From the NCBI GenBank assembly GCA_902785755.1, contig CACZZO010000010.1:43762-107761 (forward strand): 64,000 bases of DNA, written 5' to 3'. Of the stretch, positions 31,566 to 41,115 are shown piece by piece. Positions within the stretch are counted from its first letter, which is position 1. Every line of letters begins with the position of its first letter. The notes below the pieces were generated by a model. It worked only from the letters and a program-made list of their open reading frames with translations, ran no database searches and was not told the DNA's origin. The position numbers and the translations under genes are program-made. This DNA comes from an uncultured Bacteroidia bacterium. Its GTDB lineage: Bacteria > Bacteroidota > Bacteroidia > Bacteroidales > F082.

Positions 31566-31573
31566 CAAAGGTA
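31566..31573 (-). promoter_or_regulatory. -7 box TACCTTTG for gap
   Basis: CAAAGGTA on the plus strand, 47 nt upstream of the ATG at 31518. Divergent from the 31616 box. Confidence 0.5.
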
Positions 31574-31615
31574 GGGAATTATTTTGACCGAACAAGGAAA
31601 AAAAAGTTTTTTTTG

Positions 31616-31623
31616 TACCTTTG
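31616..31623 (+). promoter_or_regulatory. -7 box TACCTTTG for the UPF0597 gene
   Basis: 19 nt upstream of ATG 31643. Confidence 0.55.
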
Positions 31624-31642
31624 CCGCAAATTTGCAATTGAT

Positions 31643-32914
31643 ATGGAAAAAAGCGATTGTCTTTACAGCTCTTATTTGAGCATCCTGAAGGAAGAACTTG
31701 TGCCCGCCATGGGCTGCACCGAACCGATTTGTTTGGCCTACGCCGCCGCGAAAGCCCACGAAATCTTGGGCACAATGCCAAAACGTGTGGAAATCAAGGC
31801 CAGCGGCAACATCATCAAGAATGTGAAAAGCGTCATAGTGCCCAACACCAAGGGCATGAAAGGCTTGAAAGCCTCCGTTGCGGCGGGCATCGTGGCCGGC
31901 AACCCCAAGAAAGCCCTTGAAGTGATTGCCGAAGTGACACCAGAACAGAAGAAGGAAATCGCTGATTTTCTTGACCATACACTAATGACCATTGTCCCGT
32001 TGAATGTCATTGCACAATTGGATGTGACGGTCACCTTATATAATGATGAGCACTCCGCCAGCGTGCGCATTGCGGGCTTCCACACCAACATCGTGCGTAT
32101 GGAAAAGGACGACCAAGTGCTGTTCGACTCAGGCTATGCCGACAGCGGCGCAACCCAACTTACTGACCGCAGTTGCCTTTGCATGAAAAACATCTTCGAC
32201 TTCGCCAACACGGTTGACATTGAGGATATTAGACCTATCATCAAGCCTCAAATCGACTGCAACAAGGCCATCTCGATGGAAGGCCTGAAGAACAATTGGG
32301 GTGCCAACATCGGCAGCACCATTATGAGTTTTGGCACCGATGTGCGCATCAAGGCAAGAGCATGGGCGGCAGCGGGTTCCGATGCACGAATGAGCGGCTG
32401 CGAAATGCCTGTCATCATCAACTCGGGCAGCGGCAACCAAGGCATGACCGTCAGTTTGCCCATATTGGCTTACGCTGAGGAATATGGCATCGACGAGGAA
32501 CGCACCCTGCGTGCTGTGGCTCTTTCCAATCTTGTAGCCATCCATCAAAAGACTGGAATTGGCAGACTTTCAGCCTATTGCGGTGCCGTCAGTGCAGGTT
32601 GCGCTTCGGGTTGCGGCATCGCCTACCTCATGGGCGAACCGCTCAACATCATCGAGCACACCCTTGAAAACGCTTTGGGCATGGCCGCTGGTATTGTTTG
32701 CGACGGTGCCAAACCTTCTTGCGCTGGCAAAATCGCCCTCTCCGTTGAGGCGGGCATCCTCGGCTACGAGATGAGCAAGCAAGGCGACTATCTCCTCGGC
32801 GGCGACGGCATCATCGGCAAGGATGTTGAAGAAACCATCGACCACATCGGCTGCCTTGGCCGTCTCGGCATGAAGGAAACCGATGTTGAGATTTTGAAAA
32901 TTATGGTAGAGTGA
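31643..32914 (+). CDS. UPF0597 / L-cysteine desulfidase (serine dehydratase alpha-like) family protein
   Basis: I trimmed the track ORF to MEKSDCLYSSYLSILKEELVPAMGCTEPICLAYAAAKA (ATG 31643), 19 nt after a TACCTTTG box. The GCTEPI motif is typical of the family. Confidence 0.8.
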   Translation: MEKSDCLYSSYLSILKEELVPAMGCTEPICLAYAAAKAHEILGTMPKRVEIKASGNIIKNVKSVIVPNTKGMKGLKASVAAGIVAGNPKKALEVIAEVTPEQKKEIADFLDHTLMTIVPLNVIAQLDVTVTLYNDEHSASVRIAGFHTNIVRMEKDDQVLFDSGYADSGATQLTDRSCLCMKNIFDFANTVDIEDIRPIIKPQIDCNKAISMEGLKNNWGANIGSTIMSFGTDVRIKARAWAAAGSDARMSGCEMPVIINSGSGNQGMTVSLPILAYAEEYGIDEERTLRAVALSNLVAIHQKTGIGRLSAYCGAVSAGCASGCGIAYLMGEPLNIIEHTLENALGMAAGIVCDGAKPSCAGKIALSVEAGILGYEMSKQGDYLLGGDGIIGKDVEETIDHIGCLGRLGMKETDVEILKIMVE

Positions 32915-32946
32915 GCGTGAAGAGGGGTTTCGTTTATTGAGGAGAA

Positions 32947-34257
32947 ATGTTCAAGAAAATCCTCGGAACGGGCGCGGCGCGGGCGGTCAATGTGCTGACG
33001 CAGTTGGCCACCCTCATCATGGGCACCAGATGTCTAGGTGCCGCAGAATGGGGTAAAGCCTTCATCGCCCAAACCGACATCACCTTTTTATTAATAGGCA
33101 TCGAGCTCATCGCTGGCAGTGGGCTGGTGTATTTCACGCCACGTAAGAAACTCGCTACGCTGATGAAGATTTCATACAGTTGGATTGCTTTCGTGATGCT
33201 GGTTTATCTACTGTTGTTCAATGTTTTACATTTCTTCCCCAATTTCTATCACACCATCGTTCCCGAAGGTTATGCCAAACTCGTATTGCTATTGACCTTC
33301 GTATATAGCCTGCACGAGTTCAACCTCAACCATTTCCTTGGCAAGGAGAAAGTGTCCACTTATAACTGGTTGTTTCTCATACAGATACTCACCCAAGTCG
33401 CAATGATGGCCGTGTTGATTTTCGTTTTGGACATCAGGACGGCAAAAGCCCTACTCTATTCACAATTAAGCGGTTACACATTGGCCACACTTGTCGGCTG
33501 GGTTTTGTTGTTCCCAAAGTTGAAGCAAGAAGGCCGCGAGCCATTGAAAAACAGCCTCAAGGAAATGCTGCACTATGGAGCGTTTCTGCAACTCTCCACT
33601 TTGGTCAGCACGCTCAACAAGCGCCTGAGCCTCTATCTTTTGCGCACAAACTGCACCGAATCACAGATTGGCGTTTACGCCTCCGGAACGCAAGTCACCG
33701 AGGGCGTGAACATCGTCGGGCAAAGCATCGGTTTGGTGGCGTTTTCCGCTTTGAGCAACACCGAAAACAAGAACCGAGCCTCACAACTCACCTTGCGCTT
33801 CATGAAACTCTCTATCTTGCTGACATTTACCGCTTTATTAGTGATTTGCCTGCTCCCGACGACCTTTTTTGAGTTGTTGTTTTCCGAAGAATTTGCCGAT
33901 ATTCGTCCCATCATTTTGCTAATCTCACCTGGAATTGTTTTCTTTTCAGCGCACACCATTTTGGCAAACTATTTTTCCGGCACAGGCAAGCCGAAATACA
34001 ATCTATACGCCTCGCTTATCGGATTGACTGTCACATTGATAGCCGCCTTTAGTTTGATTCCTACTTTAGGTATCCGAGGCGCGGCCATCACCACTTCGCT
34101 GACTTATACGGCTTTGTTTGTTTTCCAATGGGTAGTGTTCCATAAACAAACAGGAAGTCGATTGAGGCAGCTAATTCCTGAAAAAGAGGATTTTAGCTGG
34201 TTGAAAGCGGAGTTGCAAGGCATCTTTGGAAACAAATCTGATACAAATCTTTCGTAA
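32947..34257 (+). CDS. MOP-superfamily polysaccharide/oligosaccharide flippase (Wzx-like)
   Basis: 436 aa, about 12-14 TM helices, with a loop pattern typical of Polysacc_synt proteins. Confidence 0.7.
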   Translation: MFKKILGTGAARAVNVLTQLATLIMGTRCLGAAEWGKAFIAQTDITFLLIGIELIAGSGLVYFTPRKKLATLMKISYSWIAFVMLVYLLLFNVLHFFPNFYHTIVPEGYAKLVLLLTFVYSLHEFNLNHFLGKEKVSTYNWLFLIQILTQVAMMAVLIFVLDIRTAKALLYSQLSGYTLATLVGWVLLFPKLKQEGREPLKNSLKEMLHYGAFLQLSTLVSTLNKRLSLYLLRTNCTESQIGVYASGTQVTEGVNIVGQSIGLVAFSALSNTENKNRASQLTLRFMKLSILLTFTALLVICLLPTTFFELLFSEEFADIRPIILLISPGIVFFSAHTILANYFSGTGKPKYNLYASLIGLTVTLIAAFSLIPTLGIRGAAITTSLTYTALFVFQWVVFHKQTGSRLRQLIPEKEDFSWLKAELQGIFGNKSDTNLS

Positions 34258-34336
34258 ACCTCTTACTCATCCCAATTTTTCCCTATTTTTGCCAGTGGTT
34301 TTGGGACGTAATTCTCATTACCAAGACATAATGGAA

Positions 34337-34540
34337 AAGAAGCGTTATGCTTCGTGTTGCAAGAGGAAACCTAGGTAATTTCAACTGCGACATCGCTAAT
34401 CTGAAAGTGGAAAGCAAATATAACTATGCGAGCATAGCAGCTCCAAACGCTCAAAGCGTGGACTGCTATTAACATCTTGTTATATTGGGCTTTCCTAGGG
34501 CCTCCTCTTGAAGATGTGAGCATACAGGGCCACGCTTCTT
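34337..34540 (+). other. ~200-nt highly self-complementary element upstream of the DUF4249/TonB-receptor pair (candidate structured RNA or leader)
   Basis: Outer blocks pair as AAGAAGCGT(34337-45)/ACGCTTCTT(34532-40), TATGCT/AGCATA, CAAGAGGA(34360-67)/TCCTCTTG(34503-10) and CCTAGG(34370-75)/CCTAGG(34494-99). Inner 14-bp hairpin at 34435-34468. A TATTTTTG box lies at 34284-34291 on the plus strand. Confidence 0.4.
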
Positions 34541-34617
34541 GTATGAGAAAAGTCATTTTGATCACTGAAAGACAATAATAAACCCTATACAGTGTTATAT
34601 TTTCAAACCGAAATAAT

Positions 34618-35529
34618 ATGATGAGACAGTTTAAAGCCTTATTATTGTTGACTATCGTCTTGCTGTCAGTCGCTTGCAGCCGAATCGATGAAGTTGACAT
34701 CAACAGTTTCAATCAGCCGGATGGCGAGGTTTTGAACGGCACCGTAGCCGTGTTCGGCAATGTGACTACCGAGATGCGCCAGCACCGCGTCACCATTTCA
34801 CCTGTGCATCAATGGGGCGACAACCTGAATGATTTGCCCGAAATCAACCGCGTCTTCGTGCTTTGCGGCAATGACACGATTCCTTATATTGAGAAAGAAG
34901 CCGACCGCAACAAAATGATTTTTGTTTCGGAGCAACCCTTCAAAGGCGAGACGGGCAAGACATACAAACTCGTCATCGAGACCCCAACGGGCAACATCAC
35001 CGCCGAGGACTATCTGACGCCTTTGGGCGACACGGATTACCTTCCAATCATCAAAGATCACACAAAAGTGAGGAGTTATCAGATGCAATCGGGCAAGATG
35101 GCGCATGAATACCAGTTTGACAAACATATCTACACCGTTGGGGAACAACCTGTTATTTGCGGTCTGACCTTCCAACAGCCAGAGGATTTCCCCATCGACA
35201 GCATCGAAAGTGTTTCCTTCGTCCATAACGATATGTCGCTCTCGGCGCTGTTCACCGCAAGACTGTTTTGGTATTCCTATCATGTCACGGAAGATCATCT
35301 CGATCAAAGCGAGACCTTCATTACTTGTTCGGTCTCACCCGAATTCTACACCTTCCTGTTGGATGTCTTCAACGAAGACGACTGGAGTCTTGGCCTGTTC
35401 GCCACCATATCAGGCAACGTGCGAGGCAATGTCAAGAACGGCTACGGCTATTTCTTCGTCTCCGACGTGCAACGCAAACCTTTTACTTACCACGAAATCT
35501 ACGATGCCATCACCCCCGAAAACGAATAA
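34618..35529 (+). CDS. DUF4249-like lipoprotein, partner of the downstream TonB-dependent receptor
   Basis: 303 aa. Lipobox LLSVACS. It is 3 nt from the downstream receptor gene. A DUF4249 gene plus a CarboxypepD_reg TonB receptor is a recurrent Bacteroidota pair. Confidence 0.6.
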   Translation: MMRQFKALLLLTIVLLSVACSRIDEVDINSFNQPDGEVLNGTVAVFGNVTTEMRQHRVTISPVHQWGDNLNDLPEINRVFVLCGNDTIPYIEKEADRNKMIFVSEQPFKGETGKTYKLVIETPTGNITAEDYLTPLGDTDYLPIIKDHTKVRSYQMQSGKMAHEYQFDKHIYTVGEQPVICGLTFQQPEDFPIDSIESVSFVHNDMSLSALFTARLFWYSYHVTEDHLDQSETFITCSVSPEFYTFLLDVFNEDDWSLGLFATISGNVRGNVKNGYGYFFVSDVQRKPFTYHEIYDAITPENE

Positions 35530-35532
35530 GCC

Positions 35533-37773
35533 ATGAAACGTATCCTCATCACCATATTGTTCTTTGCCTCTATTATCGGCCTTCAGGCACAGACCTACAC
35601 TTTAAGCGGCCACATCACCGATGCCGCCACGGGCGAAACGCTTATTGGTGCCACATTATATGAGGCCTCCTCTCAAACAGGCACTTCGGCCAACGGCTAC
35701 GGCTTTTATTCGCTGCGTTTGCCCGCAGGAAAACACAAGTTGCAATGCGCCTATTTGGGCTACAGCACCAAAGAAATAGAAATTCAACTCAATGCCGACA
35801 AAACCGTGGAAATCAAGTTGGAGGAAAACGCTGTGGGTTTGGGTGAAATCACTGTTGAGGCGGCAGCTGTGGAGCGTCCGCAAAAGCAGAACGAGTTCCA
35901 TGCCGAAATGTTGACCATCAACTCGATACGTAAACTGCCGAGCGTGTTTGGCGAGGCCGACATCCTCAAGGCGGTGCAGATGCAGTCGGGCGTGAAGACC
36001 ATCGGCGACGCCTCGTCGGGATTGCTCGTGCGCGGCGGTACCAACGACCAGAACATCATCCTCATCGACGAGGCCCCCATCTACAACCCCTCGCACCTCT
36101 TCGGCATGATTTCCATCTTCAATCCCGAGGCGGTGAACCAAGTGACGCTCTACAAGAGCAACATGCCCGCACAATACGGCGGTCGTGTCTCTGCCGTCCT
36201 CGACTGCAAAATGAAGGAAGGCAACATGAACCACCATGATTTCTCGGTGGCGTTGAGTCCCTTTGCCGCCACTTTGACCGCCAACGGTCCCATCGTCAAG
36301 GAAAAGGCTTCCTATTTGGTATCGGCACGCAGGAGTTTCATCGACTTTTTCGTGAAACCCAACGTGGACATGCCGCTTGTGCCGAGGTTTTACGATTTGA
36401 ACGCGAAAATCAACACCAAAATCGGGCAGAACGACCGTATCTATCTCTCGTTTTACAGAGGTCACGATGTCATTGAGTCCATGGGCGGCATCTATCAAGC
36501 GCAAGGCATGTACAACACTTGGGGCAACACCTCGGGCACCCTGCGCTGGACGCACAACTTCGGCAGCCGATGGTTCCTCAACACAGCCTTTATCGTCAGC
36601 GATTACAGCAACGACATCGACTACAGTTTCAAAAGGCGTAAATTCAACTGGCGTACTGGCATTTCCGATCTCAACCTGAAAGCCGCTTTGAGCTATTATA
36701 TCGCTCCAGATTGTGAACTGCGCATTGGTGCGAGTGCCGTCCGCCATGCTTTCACCCCTGGCGAATCGGACAGCATCGGCATGAGCCTGCCGCATCACCA
36801 TGCGATGGAGTATTCCGTCTACGCGCTGAACGACTGGAAACCCTTGCGTTGGTTGGGCTTCAACTATGGCGTACACCTCTCGGCCTTCCAGCCCTTGAAC
36901 AGCGACGAGAAACTGATGATCTATCCCGAGCCTCGCGTGAGCATGAACGTCATGCTGAACGAAAACACCTCTCTGAAAGCCGGTTACGCGCGGAACGTGC
37001 AATATATCCAAGTGCTGCAAAACACCGCCTTGGACTATCAGTCATTGGAGACTTGGTTCCCGGCGGTCAATGGCTTGAAACCTGTCATTGCCGATGTGGT
37101 ATCGGGTGGCTGCTTCCTCGATTTCGGTGGGCAGTATTCCGCTTCGGCTGAACTCTATTACAAGAAAGGCCAAAACCAAATTGACTTCACCGACCATGCG
37201 CAGCTCATCAGCAACCCGAATGTTATTAACCAAGTGAGAAGCGGCAATTCCACGGCTTACGGTGTGGAGCTAAATCTTTCGAAGAATGTCGGAAAGTTCA
37301 CGGGAGCCATGAGTTACACCTATTCGCGAGTGATTTACACCATTGACGGCATCAACGACAGCAATCCCTATTCAGCCTTGTCAGACATCCCGCACGACTT
37401 CCGCATCAACGGCTGTTACCAGTTCACGCCGCGATGGAGTGCGAGTGCGGCATGGCAGTATTCGAGCGGACATCCCGTCACCTTGCCGGTGGGTTTCTAC
37501 GAATACATGGGGCAGACCGTCCCGGTTTACACCGAGCGCAATGCCAGCCGCACGCCTGCCTATCACCGCCTCGACCTTTCGTGTGCCTATCACTCGCCGA
37601 AATACAGAAACGGTTTCAACTGGAGCGCAAGTTTTGGCTTGTTTAATGCCTATAACCGCCTGAATCCGTTAGGTTATCAATTTGAGACTGATATAGAATC
37701 GGGCTTGATGCGGGCTTACGCCTATTCGATGTTTGGGATTTTGCCGAATATTTCAATTCGATTGGGTTGGTAA
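35533..37773 (+). CDS. TonB-dependent receptor with N-terminal carboxypeptidase-regulatory-like domain
   Basis: 746 aa. Signal peptide, SGHITDAATGETLIGATL (CarbopepD_reg), plug region (DILKAVQMQSGV...GGTNDQN.ILIDEAPIYN), and a beta-barrel ending in an aromatic residue (IRLGW). Confidence 0.85.
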   Translation: MKRILITILFFASIIGLQAQTYTLSGHITDAATGETLIGATLYEASSQTGTSANGYGFYSLRLPAGKHKLQCAYLGYSTKEIEIQLNADKTVEIKLEENAVGLGEITVEAAAVERPQKQNEFHAEMLTINSIRKLPSVFGEADILKAVQMQSGVKTIGDASSGLLVRGGTNDQNIILIDEAPIYNPSHLFGMISIFNPEAVNQVTLYKSNMPAQYGGRVSAVLDCKMKEGNMNHHDFSVALSPFAATLTANGPIVKEKASYLVSARRSFIDFFVKPNVDMPLVPRFYDLNAKINTKIGQNDRIYLSFYRGHDVIESMGGIYQAQGMYNTWGNTSGTLRWTHNFGSRWFLNTAFIVSDYSNDIDYSFKRRKFNWRTGISDLNLKAALSYYIAPDCELRIGASAVRHAFTPGESDSIGMSLPHHHAMEYSVYALNDWKPLRWLGFNYGVHLSAFQPLNSDEKLMIYPEPRVSMNVMLNENTSLKAGYARNVQYIQVLQNTALDYQSLETWFPAVNGLKPVIADVVSGGCFLDFGGQYSASAELYYKKGQNQIDFTDHAQLISNPNVINQVRSGNSTAYGVELNLSKNVGKFTGAMSYTYSRVIYTIDGINDSNPYSALSDIPHDFRINGCYQFTPRWSASAAWQYSSGHPVTLPVGFYEYMGQTVPVYTERNASRTPAYHRLDLSCAYHSPKYRNGFNWSASFGLFNAYNRLNPLGYQFETDIESGLMRAYAYSMFGILPNISIRLGW

Positions 37774-38037
37774 AACCTTCAATTATACTAATCCCTCCAT
37801 CAAGAACCTCCGCAAATGCAGGTGTGTGATGCCATTGTCGTCGTTGCGTGCGACGAGCAGGGTCGTTGAGTTTTGCCTTAATAGAAGCAATTTTCAGTAA
37901 AATCAACAGAAATTTCTTTTATGGAAGCAATTTTTCAACACGAGTTATCATCGATTTGCCACAAATTCCCCAAAAACAATTTTTGGAAATTCGAGTTTCA
38001 TTCAAAAACCGGGAATGCAACGCAATCGTTTTTTTTG

Positions 38038-38045
38038 TAATTTTG
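38038..38045 (+). promoter_or_regulatory. -7 box TAATTTTG for parE
   Basis: 17 nt upstream of ATG 38063. Confidence 0.5.
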
Positions 38046-38062
38046 CGCTCAAATAGGCTTTT

Positions 38063-40006
38063 ATGGACAACGAAATCATAGACGAACTGCAAGACGACAT
38101 CTTCACGCAGAGCGAAGACCCGGCACCAACCACCGAAAACTATAACGACGACAGCATCGTACACCTTGAGGATATGGAGCACATACGCCGCCGCCCTGGA
38201 ATGTACATCGGCAAACTCGGTGATGGTGCCTCGCAAGACGATGGCATCTATGTGCTTATCAAAGAGGTGATTGACAACTCCATCGACGAGTTCACTTCGG
38301 GCTTCGGAAAGAAAATCGAGGTGACGGTTAATAAGGCGGAAAAGAAAGTCAGTATCCGCGACTATGGACGGGGCATCCCGCTTGGCAAGCTGAAGGAAGC
38401 CGTTTCGCAACTCAACACGGGCGCAAAATACGACAGCAAGGTGTTCCAAAAGTCGGTCGGCTTGAACGGTGTCGGTACTAAGGCCGTCAACGCGCTTTCG
38501 TCTTATTTCAAGGTGCAGGCCATTCGCGAGGGCAAGACGAGAATTGTGGAGTTTTCACAAGGTAAATTGGTGAGTGATTCTGGCATCATCCCTTCCGATG
38601 GTGATACAGGCACTCTGACCGAGTTCATCCCTGATTCCGCTCTGTTCGGCAACTACCACTATGTGGATGAATACATCGAAAAGCGCGTGTGGAACTACGC
38701 CTACCTTAACCGTGGTTTGAGTCTGATTTACAACGATAAACGCTATTATTCCAAGAACGGACTTTTAGACCTTTTGCAAAACAATATGGAAGGCGAAGGC
38801 CTCTACCCCATCATCCACATCAAGGATGGCGACTTTGAGGCTGCTTTCACCCATGTGAACGGCCAGTCGAGCGACTATTTCTATTCCTTCGTCAACGGAC
38901 AACACACCACCGAAGGCGGCACACATCAGTCGGCCTTCCGCGAGGGTTATGCCCGCGTGGTGCGCGAGTTCTACCAAAAGGAATACGAACCCGCCGACAT
39001 CCGCCAAGGCTTGATTTGTGCCTTGTGCGTCCGCATACAAGAGCCTGTGTTTGAGGCACAAACCAAGACCAAACTCGGCTCCACCCACCTCGCGCCCAAC
39101 AATCCCGACGGTACCAACGACAGCCCTTTCCTCAAAACCTACGTCTTCGACATCCTGAAACGCCACTTGGACAACTACCTGCACAAAAACCCTGAAACGG
39201 TCAGTGTTTTGCAGGCGAAAATCCAAGCCAACGAGAAGGAACGCAAGGAGATTGCCGGCATCAAGAAGGCAGCCCGCGAGAGTGCAAAAAAAGTCAGTCT
39301 GAACAACCGCAAGCTCCGCGACTGCCGCATCCACCTCAACACCAACCACGAGAAACGCTTAGAAAGCACCATCTTCATCACCGAGGGCGACTCCGCATCG
39401 GGAAGCATCACCAAGAGCCGCGACGTGCAGACCCAAGCCGTGTTCAGCCTGCGCGGTAAGCCGCTCAACTGCTTGGGAATGACCAAGAAAGTGTGCTACG
39501 AGAACGAGGAGTTCAACCTCTTGCAAGCCGCCTTGAACATCGACGAAGACATCGAAAACCTGCGCTACAACAACATCGTCATCGCCACCGATGCCGATGT
39601 GGACGGTATGCACATCCGCCTGCTGATGCTCACCTTCTTCCTCCAGTTCTATCCTGACCTTGTGCGCAACGGTCACGTTTATATCCTGCAAACGCCCTTG
39701 TTTCGTGTGCGCAACAAAAAGGAAACCTATTACTGCTACAGCGACGAGGAACGCACAGCCGCCAAGGAGAAATGCGGCAAGCAGGCCGAAATCACCCGAT
39801 TCAAAGGCTTGGGCGAAATCTCCCCTGACGAGTTCCGTGGCTTCATCGGCCCCAACATGCGCCTTGAACCTGTCATTCTTCGCTATGACTTTGGCATTAA
39901 GGAACTGCTGGAATACTACATGGGCAAGAACACCATGGAACGCCAAAAGTTCATTATCGACAATCTGCGGATTGAGGACAATTCCAACATTGCGGATGCA
40001 GTTTGA
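38063..40006 (+). CDS. parE: DNA topoisomerase IV subunit B
   Basis: 647 aa. GHKL ATPase motifs ([24 protein letters not shown]) and Toprim ([14 protein letters not shown]). The size is that of a Bacteroidota ParE rather than GyrB. Confidence 0.85.
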   Translation: MDNEIIDELQDDIFTQSEDPAPTTENYNDDSIVHLEDMEHIRRRPGMYIGKLGDGASQDDGIYVLIKEVIDNSIDEFTSGFGKKIEVTVNKAEKKVSIRDYGRGIPLGKLKEAVSQLNTGAKYDSKVFQKSVGLNGVGTKAVNALSSYFKVQAIREGKTRIVEFSQGKLVSDSGIIPSDGDTGTLTEFIPDSALFGNYHYVDEYIEKRVWNYAYLNRGLSLIYNDKRYYSKNGLLDLLQNNMEGEGLYPIIHIKDGDFEAAFTHVNGQSSDYFYSFVNGQHTTEGGTHQSAFREGYARVVREFYQKEYEPADIRQGLICALCVRIQEPVFEAQTKTKLGSTHLAPNNPDGTNDSPFLKTYVFDILKRHLDNYLHKNPETVSVLQAKIQANEKERKEIAGIKKAARESAKKVSLNNRKLRDCRIHLNTNHEKRLESTIFITEGDSASGSITKSRDVQTQAVFSLRGKPLNCLGMTKKVCYENEEFNLLQAALNIDEDIENLRYNNIVIATDADVDGMHIRLLMLTFFLQFYPDLVRNGHVYILQTPLFRVRNKKETYYCYSDEERTAAKEKCGKQAEITRFKGLGEISPDEFRGFIGPNMRLEPVILRYDFGIKELLEYYMGKNTMERQKFIIDNLRIEDNSNIADAV

Positions 40007-40062
40007 TTGATAACAACAGCATGGCACAATGGCAAAAGACACAAATCCAGCGCGATAACCGC

Positions 40063-41082
40063 ATGATGGCGGAGGCGCAAGCCCCAGTCATCATTTCCGC
40101 AAGCCGGAGCACGGACATTCCCGCTTTCTATGCCGATTGGTTCTTCCATCGGCTAAAGGTGGGTTATTCTGCTTGGACCAATCCTTTTAATGGTATGAAG
40201 AGTTTCGTTTCATACGACAAATGCCGCTTCATCGTGTTTTGGTCGAAATACCCGAAGCCGTTGCTTGGGCATTTGGATGAACTGAAGGAAAGGAATATCG
40301 GCTGCTACATCCAATACACGCTCAATGATTACAAGAAAGAAGGCTTGGAAAAGGGCGTTCCGCCTTTGGAGGAAAGAATTGACACCTTCAAAAGACTTGT
40401 GGACCAATTAGGCCAAGGGCGTGTGATTTGGCGTTTCGACCCGCTGATTCTGACCGACCAAATCGGCATGGACGACCTTTTGCGTAAAGTGGAAAACATC
40501 GGCGACCAACTGAAGGGTTACACGGAAAAACTCGTTTTCAGTTATGCCGACATCGCATTATATAAAAAGGTGAAAGCCAACCTTGAGAAAAGCCATGTGA
40601 ACTATACGGAATGGACGACCGCCCAAATGGAAGAATTTGCCCAAAGGCTTTCAGAACTCAACCAGAAATGGCATTATCAATTGGCCACCTGTGGCGAGAA
40701 GATTGACATTGCGCAATACGGCATCCAGCACAACCGCTGCGTTGATGATGACTTGATGATTCGTTTTGCCCAACACGACAAGGCCTTGATGGATTTCCTC
40801 GGCGTGGAGATAAAGGCCATAGAAAACTCGTTGTTTGGCACAGAACCGATTCCTACAAATGCCATCATGCTGTGTGAAACACAATACGCCATCAAGAAGA
40901 AAGACAACCGCGACAAAGGCCAGAGACTGTTCTGTGGCTGCATGGTGAGCAAGGACATTGGTGAATACAACACCTGCCCGCATTTGTGCGAGTATTGCTA
41001 TGCTAATGCGAGCAAGGAAAAAGCGCAAGAGAACTATAATAAACACAAAATGAATCCTTTGGGAGAAACGATAACGGGATAA
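40063..41082 (+). CDS. DUF1848-family protein (cysteine-rich C-terminus, possible Fe-S/metal site)
   Basis: The track ORF starts at TTG 40003, overlapping the parE stop. I favour ATG 40063 (MMAEAQAPVIISASRSTDIPAFYADWF), and ATG 40021 is also possible. C-terminal motif CGC...CPHLCEYCYAN. Confidence 0.7.
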   Translation: MMAEAQAPVIISASRSTDIPAFYADWFFHRLKVGYSAWTNPFNGMKSFVSYDKCRFIVFWSKYPKPLLGHLDELKERNIGCYIQYTLNDYKKEGLEKGVPPLEERIDTFKRLVDQLGQGRVIWRFDPLILTDQIGMDDLLRKVENIGDQLKGYTEKLVFSYADIALYKKVKANLEKSHVNYTEWTTAQMEEFAQRLSELNQKWHYQLATCGEKIDIAQYGIQHNRCVDDDLMIRFAQHDKALMDFLGVEIKAIENSLFGTEPIPTNAIMLCETQYAIKKKDNRDKGQRLFCGCMVSKDIGEYNTCPHLCEYCYANASKEKAQENYNKHKMNPLGETITG

Positions 41083-41087
41083 TAATC

Positions 41088-41095
41088 TATATTTG
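41088..41095 (+). promoter_or_regulatory. -7 box TATATTTG for the yhcG-type gene
   Basis: 20 nt upstream of ATG 41116 and 5 nt after the DUF1848 stop. Confidence 0.5.
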
Positions 41096-41115
41096 CAGGA
41101 CAAAACAAGCAAGAT

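Noticed and set aside
34337-34540. A classical Bacteroides invertible promoter (inverton) in the OFF orientation. The idea rests on the inverted-repeat arms and an inward-facing TATATTTG box at 34415-34422.
   Set aside because: The arms are interrupted by unequal indels, and the longest perfect block is 9 bp. They do not resemble the known Mpi-type IR core (AAACGTTCGT-like). No recombinase gene is nearby, and a single TAnnTTTG match in AT-rich DNA is expected by chance. This remains a minor alternative to the RNA-structure reading. It could be tested by looking for both orientations in reads.
34371-34712. 113-aa minus-strand ORF spanning the structured spacer and the DUF4249 start.
   Set aside because: It overlaps the DUF4249 signal-peptide region antisense and runs through the self-complementary element. 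It has no promoter box or protein motif.
35656-37020. 454-aa minus-strand ORF antisense to the TonB-dependent receptor gene. Similar long antisense ORFs include 2970-3800, 4603-5559, 9778-10317, 12013-12627, 13534-14505, 16453-17034, 19126-19908, 39359-40042, 50229-50804, 51503-52252, 57456-58697 and 59475-60092.
   Set aside because: Each lies entirely inside a confidently recognised gene on the other strand. Their translations are low-complexity (R/G/A/H/V-rich) with no motifs. They are typical shadow ORFs of GC3-biased coding regions.
37800-37880. GC-rich patch downstream of the TonB-receptor gene as a gene remnant or small ORF (also track ORF 37643-37906 on the minus strand).
   Set aside because: No frame gives a recognisable protein segment. 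The minus-strand ORF overlaps the receptor's 3' end, and no start or promoter context is apparent.
37919-38449. 176-aa minus-strand ORF overlapping the parE start region.
   Set aside because: It is antisense to the well-supported ParE N-terminus and promoter, and its translation has no recognisable features.
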